Shown here piece after piece: positions 19,198 through 25,856 of a stretch of 64,000 nucleotides of DNA. Within the stretch, counting starts at the first letter, position 1. Each line of letters opens with the position of its first letter. Source of the DNA: Oscillospiraceae bacterium (GTDB taxonomy: Bacteria > Bacillota > Clostridia > UMGS1840). Both the position numbers and the translations under genes were made by a program. Below the pieces are notes generated by a model. That model was not told the DNA's origin and searched no databases. It saw only the letters and a program-made list of their open reading frames with translations. The stretch is from contig SVKD01000004.1 of NCBI GenBank assembly GCA_015068645.1, forward strand, positions 3,054-67,053, written 5' to 3'.

Positions 19198-20010
19198 TTA
19201 AAATGATTCCACTGTTTTTCGTAGTCCTAAGTAAATAATATTATCCAAGAGTTCTTTGTTTTTATGGATTGTCAACAGCTCATAGGCGTTGGCAATTTCA
19301 CTTAAGGTGTAAGTAAGGGCAGGGACAAGTTCCTTTTTTAAGTCTTCTTTTTTTATCTTGTTTTCACTTTTTGCTAAAAACGGATTGTAGTTTTTCTTTT
19401 TTTGGTCATGCTCTAAGTCCATATAGGCATCTGTAAAATAGATAAACCGCCCGATGTGATAACCCACTGTTGCTAAAGGTAGGTTATTACCGTCACGGTC
19501 AAACAATGCTTTGGTTAATTTCCCGAAACAGTCTGCCACCTCGTCCGGATTTTTGCAATTTTCCTGTTCTAATTTGCTGAGGTTTTCTAAATTTTCACGA
19601 ATTGCCTTTGCTTGGGTGGGATGTTTTTTTTGTACCCGTTTCATGGGGAAATAATACCAAAGACGAGCAAAACTTTTTGGAGATTTTTCGTCATTCCAAT
19701 CGTCTTTTAATTTATAATAGGTGAGTAGCACCGACATATCCGCACTGTATTGGATACCTTCATCTTTACGGATCACGGGACGTTTTGAAATCGGGTGAGC
19801 AATACAAGGCTGATGTTTTAATGTGATTTCGGCTTTATTCAGCGAGGAAATCAAAATGGCAAGGAAGGTCATATCATAGCTTAACCCGAATCTGGTTAAC
19901 TGATTGAACTGTTTTCCAAGCATTTTGCATAAACCGCAATAATAGCCCCGAAACACATTATAATCGCAGACCCGTAAGAGGTCTTTGTGGGCATTCACAT
20001 AACCGAACAT
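19198..20010 (-). CDS. DUF5685-like protein
   Basis: 270 aa. N-terminus MFGYVNAHKDLLRVCDYNVFRGYYCGLCK is characteristic of this family (from memory). Confidence 0.6.
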   Translation of the reverse strand: MFGYVNAHKDLLRVCDYNVFRGYYCGLCKMLGKQFNQLTRFGLSYDMTFLAILISSLNKAEITLKHQPCIAHPISKRPVIRKDEGIQYSADMSVLLTYYKLKDDWNDEKSPKSFARLWYYFPMKRVQKKHPTQAKAIRENLENLSKLEQENCKNPDEVADCFGKLTKALFDRDGNNLPLATVGYHIGRFIYFTDAYMDLEHDQKKKNYNPFLAKSENKIKKEDLKKELVPALTYTLSEIANAYELLTIHKNKELLDNIIYLGLRKTVESF

Positions 20011-20160
20011 AATTGACTCCGTTTTTATTGTTTAGAAATTTATCTATAATTATCCATTATAATATTTTTATTCTATCATAGTATTGTGAACTTTTCAAGA
20101 AGTTTCCATTTTTTTATTGTTGGATTCGAATCTTTATGTGATATAGGGGATTGCACAATA

Positions 20161-20190
20161 AAAAAGCATCGACATTTGTCGATGCTTTTT
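20161..20190 (-). terminator. terminator downstream of tRNA-Ser
   Basis: AGCATCGAC-attt-GTCGATGCT flanked by an A-run and a T-run. Confidence 0.8.
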
Positions 20191-20192
20191 AT

Positions 20193-20283
20193 TGGCGGAG
20201 AGAGAGGGATTCGAACCCTCGGTTGGGGTTAACCAACACACACTTTCCAGGCGTGCGCCTTAGACCAGCTCAGCCATCTCTCC
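20193..20283 (-). tRNA. tRNA-Ser (anticodon GGA), class II with long variable arm, CCA encoded
   Basis: Reverse complement reads GGAGAGA..CACGC-CTGGAAA-GTGTG..GAGGG-TTCGAAT-CCCTC-TCTCTCC-G-CCA. The cloverleaf was folded by hand. Confidence 0.9.
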
Positions 20284-20319
20284 ATAAGTTTATTCGGTTG
20301 TATCTCGAACACCTAAAAT

Positions 20320-20348
20320 ATATTAACAGAAAAATAATCAAATGTCAA
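20320..20348 (-). promoter_or_regulatory. promoter of tRNA-Ser
   Basis: On the minus strand: TTGACA, 17 nt, TAATAT, about 30 nt upstream of the tRNA 5' end. Confidence 0.6.
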
Positions 20349-20396
20349 GCTTTTTTTATAAAATTTTTAAAAAATTCTGAAAAAATAAAAATACAG

Positions 20397-20438
20397 AAAA
20401 GCGGTCTTCTGTAATTTTTTGGTAGGAGACCGCTTTTC
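20397..20438 (-). terminator. terminator closing the phage-packaging-like operon
   Basis: AGCGGTCT/AGACCGCT stem. On the minus strand it is followed by TTTTCTGTATTTTT. Confidence 0.75.
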
Positions 20439-20445
20439 AAAGATT

Positions 20446-20946
20446 TTATGAAATACTTGCTTGCAAAAGTGACGGTACTTTGTCATCAATAATTATGCCG
20501 AACAAACTTTCCGTCATTTTAATTAGCCCTGTTTTTTTATAACGGGAAATGGAACTGATGCTGAATGCAAAATGATCTGCCGTGTCTTCGATGGTATGTT
20601 CTTCTACATAGTAATACTGAAGAATTTCTCTGATGGTATCGTTAGGGATGTTTTGCATTGCATAGGTGATTTTATGAAACAGATGTTCCGCACGAGCGAT
20701 GGAAGCTTCTGTTTTTTCGATATAAGTATCGTACTCCTGCTCAAAATTTCCTTTGGATTTTTTTAAAAAGGAAATAATGGCAGTTTTTTTGTCGGTTTTA
20801 CGGGCAATTTTGGAAAATTCCAAAATATCTTTTTTTGCACTGCTAATATAATTTTCCAATGTTCGCACACTTTTTAACATTCTTTTTGTACGTTGCAGAT
20901 ACGGTTTTGCCTCACGGTATGTAAATATTTCATTCATTACTTTCAA
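20446..20946 (-). CDS. phage late-transcription activator-like protein (RinA/ArpU/sigma-70 region-4-like HTH)
   Basis: 166 aa. C-terminal IREILQYYYVEEHTIEDTADHFAFSISSISRYKKTGLIKM resembles a sigma region-4 HTH. Confidence 0.5.
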   Translation of the reverse strand: MKVMNEIFTYREAKPYLQRTKRMLKSVRTLENYISSAKKDILEFSKIARKTDKKTAIISFLKKSKGNFEQEYDTYIEKTEASIARAEHLFHKITYAMQNIPNDTIREILQYYYVEEHTIEDTADHFAFSISSISRYKKTGLIKMTESLFGIIIDDKVPSLLQASIS

Positions 20947-21328
20947 TCCTTTCTTTCATATGGTTATCGGATTCTTTTAATTCGGAAAGCACGGATTCGG
21001 CCAATGTAATTAAACGTTCCCGAAGTACTTTATCCGATAAATTCATCTCCTGACTTTCTTCTTTCGGTTCAGTTTTCGTTTTCAAAAGATAGGTTACAAA
21101 TGAATGGTTGAACCGTTTCGTCAGGGCACCGGCAATGAGCCTTGCATACACGGTGTCTCTGGCAAATTCCAGGGTATCTCTTAGTTTCTTATGTTTTTTG
21201 GCAAGGGCGTCCGCTTGTTTTGTGCTAAGGCCGTATTGCACGAAGAACTCGTCTAACACAATGTGATCTTCGTCCCTCAGCCATTCCAATAAGGCATCTG
21301 CCAAAGAACTTACGGAGAGCTTTTGCAT
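20930..21328 (-). CDS. terminase small subunit-like protein
   Basis: 132 aa. N-terminal HTH-like FFVQYGLSTKQADALAKK, then ARLIAGALTKRFNHSFVTYLLK, typical of TerS. 17-nt overlap with the next gene. Confidence 0.5.
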   Translation of the reverse strand: MQKLSVSSLADALLEWLRDEDHIVLDEFFVQYGLSTKQADALAKKHKKLRDTLEFARDTVYARLIAGALTKRFNHSFVTYLLKTKTEPKEESQEMNLSDKVLRERLITLAESVLSELKESDNHMKERIESNE

Positions 21329-21582
21329 TTGGATTTTCTCTCCTTTCGGCGATAATACTGATGCACTTTCTGAAGTTTTTCGGTAAGCTCCTCTTTTTCC
21401 AAAGTGAGCCGTCTTCTTTTTGCCATCAGTGCGATAATGCTTTCATCATACACGGTGATGGAGAGTAAATCACATAAAATTCGGGCAGTAGGGAGGGGGA
21501 GTTTGTAGTTTTCTTCCGCTACCGTCAGACGGATGATATCGCCTTCACGGTACGCCTCCACACTTGGTTCTCTAAAAGGCAC
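21310..21582 (-). CDS. hypothetical 90-aa protein with a basic C-terminus
   Basis: The ORF overlaps both the TerL stop and the TerS-like start, suggesting translational coupling. No recognisable motif. Confidence 0.5.
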   Translation of the reverse strand: MPFREPSVEAYREGDIIRLTVAEENYKLPLPTARILCDLLSITVYDESIIALMAKRRRLTLEKEELTEKLQKVHQYYRRKERKSKCKSSP

Positions 21583-22936
21583 GGCGAACGCCTCCTTTCC
21601 GTCCGGGTGACCACACTTTTTTTATTGGCGTTTTTTCACGGATTGACATCACATAGTAGCGAAGTTCATCTAAAGCATGGTCATCTTTCTTATACGGTTG
21701 ATCACTACCCGGCTGAAAACGGTACCCTTTGATTTCCCGAATCAAATTGGGACAATTTGCAAAGATGTAAAGTCCTGCTTTTCCGTCGGGATAAAGCTCT
21801 TTATCAGGATGGGAACGAATTTTTAAAGCTTCCCGTACCTGCTCAATGCCAACCCATTTGGATTTTTCCACCTTGCTGTTTACCAAAATTTTATGACGGT
21901 AAAACAAGTCAGACACGCTTTTATCTGATGCCAGGGTTTTCTGGTCGGCAGCACTGTCAATTAAGGCATGAAGATTGCCGTTTGGGTCGGTGTTCCAACC
22001 AAGTTCTTTTGCAATCTGATGAATTTCACGGGCGTGTTCTTCCACACTTTTTCCACTTTCGTAATGCTCGCGGATGACGTAAATGGTTCCGTCGGGATCA
22101 CGGGCATAAAAATGGCAGGAAGTTGGCGCATAAAATCCGGGGTCGATACTAATGTTATCGTACCATTCTTTTGGCACATCAAACGGGTCAATTACATGAA
22201 TATTTTCCCGAAATTCCTTGTAAACCAACCCTGATTTTGCCACAAACCTTCCGTACTGACGTGCTTCGCGTTCTTCTTCGGTCAATGATTCTTTCATATA
22301 TTCAATTTCTGACGGATGAAGATAAGGATTATCTTCCCATTGCATAAAAAATGTTTTAATGCCGTTGTCGTTTCGCTCATTTAAATAAATTTGCTCATAC
22401 ACCCAGCTTAAGCCGGAGAGGGGAGTCATGGTGCCCCACATTACACCCATGGTATCTACCACTCTCATCCGGCACTCGTCAAAAATTTCTTTGGGAGGTT
22501 CTTCGTCGAACCACACAAAATCAAGGCTTGTCCCTTGAAATTTGGCACGTCCCTGTTCACAGACCTTGAATCCAATCACGCTGTCTCCACCCGACTGAGA
22601 TTTCACCACAATAAAATCCAAAATAGCATTTTTCGGGTCATCTGCTTCACCACGGCGTGCCACAATTTTTTTAATCCAGGATGGTTCCAGCCACCTTAGA
22701 ATTTCTTTTTGTGCCACATCTCTTTGCACCTCGTTGGTCAAAGAAACCACCCATCCTTTCATTGGCTTGGAAATGGTGCGATAAGGATGGTTGCCTCGGG
22801 CAAACCAAACGGTTTCCACTGCCCCTGCTACTGTTTTTCCTGTACGGTTTCCACCGAAAACCCAACGGATACGGGATTGGTCTTTGTGAAATTCTATTTG
22901 CTTTTTATGGAGTCTCACATCGGTCAGGTAGGGCAT
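21572..22936 (-). CDS. phage terminase large subunit (TerL)
   Basis: 454 aa. Walker A GGNRTGKT and Walker B LDFVWFDEE. RNaseH-like nuclease half with SIDPGF, LIDSAA and DDHALDELRY. Confidence 0.88.
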   Translation of the reverse strand: MPYLTDVRLHKKQIEFHKDQSRIRWVFGGNRTGKTVAGAVETVWFARGNHPYRTISKPMKGWVVSLTNEVQRDVAQKEILRWLEPSWIKKIVARRGEADDPKNAILDFIVVKSQSGGDSVIGFKVCEQGRAKFQGTSLDFVWFDEEPPKEIFDECRMRVVDTMGVMWGTMTPLSGLSWVYEQIYLNERNDNGIKTFFMQWEDNPYLHPSEIEYMKESLTEEEREARQYGRFVAKSGLVYKEFRENIHVIDPFDVPKEWYDNISIDPGFYAPTSCHFYARDPDGTIYVIREHYESGKSVEEHAREIHQIAKELGWNTDPNGNLHALIDSAADQKTLASDKSVSDLFYRHKILVNSKVEKSKWVGIEQVREALKIRSHPDKELYPDGKAGLYIFANCPNLIREIKGYRFQPGSDQPYKKDDHALDELRYYVMSIREKTPIKKVWSPGRKGGVRRAF

Positions 22937-22998
22937 CTCATTATTATAATACCGTAGGCGACATTTGGTCAGCCGTCTGTTTCTCTCTTCCCAAAGAG

Positions 22999-23205
22999 CT
23001 AAGAATTGGGTAATGTCTTCGCGGATGTTTTTGATAATTTTGCCCCTCCTTTTTGAATTGCTTTCACACAGTTTTTACATAAAATAATCTTTCGTGACAG
23101 CGGTTCCTTTTCTTCTCCGAATAAATACTCGCCACGGTTTAAGCAGGTGGGAGTCTCACATTGCAGAACCAATTCACCACGATATTCTTTTAACACAATC
23201 GCCAA
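22999..23205 (-). CDS. small zinc-ribbon protein (TTG start)
   Basis: 68 aa. CETPTC...CKNC four-Cys arrangement. First gene after the LexA-box promoter. Confidence 0.5.
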   Translation of the reverse strand: MAIVLKEYRGELVLQCETPTCLNRGEYLFGEEKEPLSRKIILCKNCVKAIQKGGAKLSKTSAKTLPNS

Positions 23206-23215
23206 GTTTTGTTCG
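23202..23215 (-). promoter_or_regulatory. degenerate second LexA-like box overlapping the TTG start
   Basis: Minus strand CGAACAAAACTTGG against CGAAC-N4-GTTCG. One half is perfect and the other matches 3 of 5. Confidence 0.25.
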
Positions 23216-23276
23216 CCTTCTTTCTTACTTCGTTGTTTTGTTTTCTTTGTGTTTTTTGTTTCTTTTTTTCAAAACA

Positions 23277-23290
23277 CGAACAAATGTTCG
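23277..23290 (-). promoter_or_regulatory. LexA (Cheo/SOS) box
   Basis: CGAACAAATGTTCG is a perfect CGAAC-N4-GTTCG palindrome. It begins about 11 nt downstream of the -10. Confidence 0.75.
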
Positions 23291-23301
23291 CTTTTGTGTT
23301 T

Positions 23302-23329
23302 ATTATAGCACTCAATTTTTATTTGTCAA
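23302..23329 (-). promoter_or_regulatory. consensus sigma-A promoter of the TerL operon
   Basis: On the minus strand: TTGACA, 16 nt, TGcTATAAT (extended -10). Confidence 0.75.
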
Positions 23330-23411
23330 CCCTTTTTTTAAAATTTGACCAGAATCTTTATCATTTTCATAAAACTTGATAAAACGGGGGAGAAATCCCC
23401 AAAATTTCAAC

Positions 23412-23443
23412 AAAAAAAGACCGTTTTCAAACGGTCTTTTCTC
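23412..23443 (-). terminator. terminator of the small membrane protein gene, insulating the SOS promoter
   Basis: AGACCGT-tttcaa-ACGGTCT with an A-run and a T-run. A second GGGGA-gaaa-TCCCC hairpin lies just downstream on the minus strand. Confidence 0.75.
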
Positions 23444-23468
23444 ATATGTATTTCTAAGAATATATCAT

Positions 23469-23669
23469 TTATTTTTTGGAACTTTGTTTGTTAGTGCTTA
23501 ACAATGCTGTCACAACGCAGAAAATGCTCAAAAGAATAATTACGGAACGAGATATCATCTTTGCTGTATTTTCGTGTTCGGTACCGTTAAAAACCAGCAA
23601 ATAACCAATCGATGCAATCATTGCCACAATAATCAGAATAATTCCTGTAATTCGCCAAGCTTTTTTCAT
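23469..23669 (-). CDS. small two-TM membrane protein
   Basis: ORF 23469..23723. Start set at MKKAWR (ATG 23669), 9 nt after AAAGGAG. Confidence 0.6.
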   Translation of the reverse strand: MKKAWRITGIILIIVAMIASIGYLLVFNGTEHENTAKMISRSVIILLSIFCVVTALLSTNKQSSKK

Positions 23670-23861
23670 AATGTGTTTCTCCTTTTTCAGAATTGTTAAT
23701 GGAACAAGCATTTTTTTATTCAAAAAGACGCTCTTTTATTCAAATACGAAATAAAAAGGCTATCGTTCTCGTCAGAGGAAAGATGGTAGGGGACGCCACC
23801 CACATCATCCCGTTACAGCATTTATGGCTACAGTGTAGTATTCTATTGTAGTGGTTTCTTG

Positions 23862-24818
23862 TTATTTTCCAATGATTTGATTAAAAAATGCATCGGTTTC
23901 TTGTGGGGTAGTTCCGGCAAACAGATAACGGAAAACATATCCGCTTTTCTGTGTCACAATCAGTTCTTTTTGGAATCCGTCTGTGCTGCTTAAAGTAACT
24001 GTGTTGTATTCTTCCGGATAATATTCCCCGAACCATTCTCCTGCCGGTGTATAAGTGGTAACTTCGAATGTATTGTCTGCAATCATTGTAACGCCGGTGA
24101 TGGTTTCATCCGGAAAAGCTTCTGATGCATAATATCCGGAAGAGATGGTGGAACCGTTAAATTTCAAAATTAAATAATAATACTGGTTTTGAGAAGGATC
24201 GACATCATATTCACATAACCAATTTCCCTGAAGTGCAGAAAGTAACTCTTCCGTTTTGATATTTGCAGATTGTTTGGTTGAAAGTTTCACAGTATTGGTA
24301 TTTGCATCCCAGTTAACGGATAATCCCAATGCATCGGAAACAGCTCTGACAGGTAGGTAAGTAGTTCCGTCGATAATAAAAGGTTCCACGTAAGTTCCAT
24401 TGGCATCAGTTGGAGTAATTTCTTGATTGTTCAGCGTGATTTTGATATTGTTATACCACAAATTTTTTTGAATGGAACCTGCGGGGAGCACATTTTTTGA
24501 AACACTTGTTGATATATCGTTTGAGGATTGTTCTGAAGATAATTTTACAGTATAGGTATTTGCGTCCCAGTCGACATGAATCCCTAATGCATTGGAAATA
24601 GCTCTGACAGGTAGGTACGTGGTTCCGTCGATAATAAAAGGTTCCACGTAAGTTCCATTGGCATCAGTTGGAGTGATTTCTTGATTGTCAAGAGTAATTT
24701 TAATGTTGTTATACCACAAATCTTTTTGAATTGTGCCAACGCTGGCAGATACACTTGTTGAAGAAATGATTGCGGATATCAGGGTTCCTAAGATTACTCT
24801 TTTCATGTTATGTTTCAT
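23862..24818 (-). CDS. secreted protein with two copper-amine-oxidase-N-terminal-like (stalk) domains plus a C-terminal domain
   Basis: 318 aa with a signal peptide. Duplicated block NNIKITL.NQEITPTDANGTYVEPFIIDGTTYLPVRA.S.ALG..V.WDANT.TVKL. Confidence 0.8.
   Translation of the reverse strand: MKHNMKRVILGTLISAIISSTSVSASVGTIQKDLWYNNIKITLDNQEITPTDANGTYVEPFIIDGTTYLPVRAISNALGIHVDWDANTYTVKLSSEQSSNDISTSVSKNVLPAGSIQKNLWYNNIKITLNNQEITPTDANGTYVEPFIIDGTTYLPVRAVSDALGLSVNWDANTNTVKLSTKQSANIKTEELLSALQGNWLCEYDVDPSQNQYYYLILKFNGSTISSGYYASEAFPDETITGVTMIADNTFEVTTYTPAGEWFGEYYPEEYNTVTLSSTDGFQKELIVTQKSGYVFRYLFAGTTPQETDAFFNQIIGK
24342..24688 (-). repeat. in-frame duplication inside the CDS (258-bp period; 89-nt cores match at 86 of 89)
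   Basis: 24342-24430 against 24600-24688 differ at 3 positions. Flanking homology is weaker. Confidence 0.85.
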
Positions 24819-24943
24819 TTTTATGTTCTCCTTAAAACAAAAATATTTTTATTCTTCATCTTGAGAATTCGCATCTTTAGATTATCATATTTTCGTCGAA
24901 AATGCAACAGTTTTCTGAAAAGGAATAAGCTTTTTTGATCGGG

Positions 24944-24985
24944 ATACAAAAAATCCCTTCTGTTAATCAAAATGACAGAAGGGAT
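24944..24985 (-). terminator. terminator of the corrinoid protein gene
   Basis: ATCCCTTCTGT/ACAGAAGGGAT stem. A T-run follows on the minus strand. Confidence 0.8.
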
Positions 24986-25014
24986 GTAAGAGATTATAAC
25001 TTATTTTGAAAAAA

Positions 25015-25647
25015 TTATTTACAAGCAGAAAGTGCCACTTCGGAACAGGTTGCCGCATCGGGGGTATAATAATCTGCCATAATCTGTTCACAGAATTCCT
25101 GAGTAACGGGAGCGCCGCCAATCATAATGGTGACATTGTCACGGATGCCTGCCTCAGTTGCTTTTAAAATCACCTGTTTCATTTCGTTCATGGTGGTGGT
25201 TAAGAGGGCAGAGCAACAAATTACCTTGGCATTATGCTCAATGGCTTTTGCAACAAAGGTATCTGCGGTGACATCGGTTCCCAAATCAAATACTTCCAAG
25301 CCTTTTGCTTCCAGCATCATTTTGCAGATGTTTTTCCCGATGTCGTGCAAATCACCTTTTACGGTACCGATCACAGCAGTTCCTTTTTTAGATACACCTT
25401 CGGATACTAAAAGGGGACGTAGCAAGTCCACGCCCGCATTCATAGCCCGTGCCGCCATCATTACTTCAGGGATGAACACTTCATTTTTTTTAAATTTTTC
25501 ACCGATTACAGCCATACCGGAAAGCAAGCCTTCTTCCAAAATCCTTTCAGCGGCAATGCCTTCGGAAATTGCTTGGTTTACCAGTTCGGTTACTTTGGGC
25601 ACTCTTCCTCGTTGTAACACGGTGCACAGTTCTTGTAATACGCTCAT
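25015..25647 (-). CDS. cobalamin-binding (corrinoid) protein, MtbC/MtaC-like
   Basis: ORF 25015..25677. Start at MSVLQEL (ATG 25647) behind AAAGGAG. B12-binding DxHxxG motif GDLHDIGKN. Confidence 0.8.
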   Translation of the reverse strand: MSVLQELCTVLQRGRVPKVTELVNQAISEGIAAERILEEGLLSGMAVIGEKFKKNEVFIPEVMMAARAMNAGVDLLRPLLVSEGVSKKGTAVIGTVKGDLHDIGKNICKMMLEAKGLEVFDLGTDVTADTFVAKAIEHNAKVICCSALLTTTMNEMKQVILKATEAGIRDNVTIMIGGAPVTQEFCEQIMADYYTPDAATCSEVALSACK

Positions 25648-25671
25648 AAACGTCTCCTTTAAACAAAAATA

Positions 25672-25746
25672 TGGCACCCCTGGCGCGAATCGAACGCACG
25701 ATTAGTCCTTAGGAGGGACTCGTTATATCCACTTAACTACAGAGGC
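25672..25746 (-). tRNA. tRNA-Arg (anticodon CCT), CCA encoded
   Basis: Reverse complement reads GCCTCTG-TA-GTTA..TAAC-G-AGTCC-CTCCTAA-GGACT..GTGCG-TTCGATT-CGCGC-CAGGGGT-G-CCA. The acceptor stem needs two G-U pairs. Confidence 0.8.
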
Positions 25747-25752
25747 TTACCG

Positions 25753-25816
25753 CAGAGAATACAAAAATGTTGCAAAAACGCAAAATGCCTTTGCTATTCA
25801 TTTTTGTGATTCTCTG
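25753..25816 (-). other. long hairpin (17 bp plus a bulge) between argH and tRNA-Arg
   Basis: Minus strand CAGAGAATcACAAAAATG ... CATTTTTGTATTCTCTG. No U-tract. Ends 6 nt before the tRNA 5' end. Confidence 0.6.
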
Positions 25817-25856
25817 ATTTTGGTATTGATGTTTTTATTTCTGCGAGTATATATGC

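Noticed and set aside
20151-20414. 87-aa ORF covering the tRNA-Ser locus.
   Set aside because: It is antisense to a cleanly folding tRNA and its promoter, so it is an artefact.
20193-23443. Classic tRNA-integrated prophage or genomic island at tRNA-Ser.
   Set aside because: The phage-like genes lie on the 5' side of the tRNA, not the 3' side. There is no integrase, and I saw no direct repeat of the tRNA 3' end. The cassette is treated instead as a self-contained operon (see findings).
23724-23861. Comparatively GC-rich patch (GGGATGATGTGGGTGGCGTCCCCTACCATC on the minus strand) upstream of the small membrane protein gene. Considered as a riboswitch (fluoride, guanidine or c-di-GMP type).
   Set aside because: I could not fold it into, or match it to, the conserved cores of any class I know, and only short 4-5-bp helices are available. 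It may simply be the 3' UTR or terminator region of the upstream gene. A cmscan would settle it.
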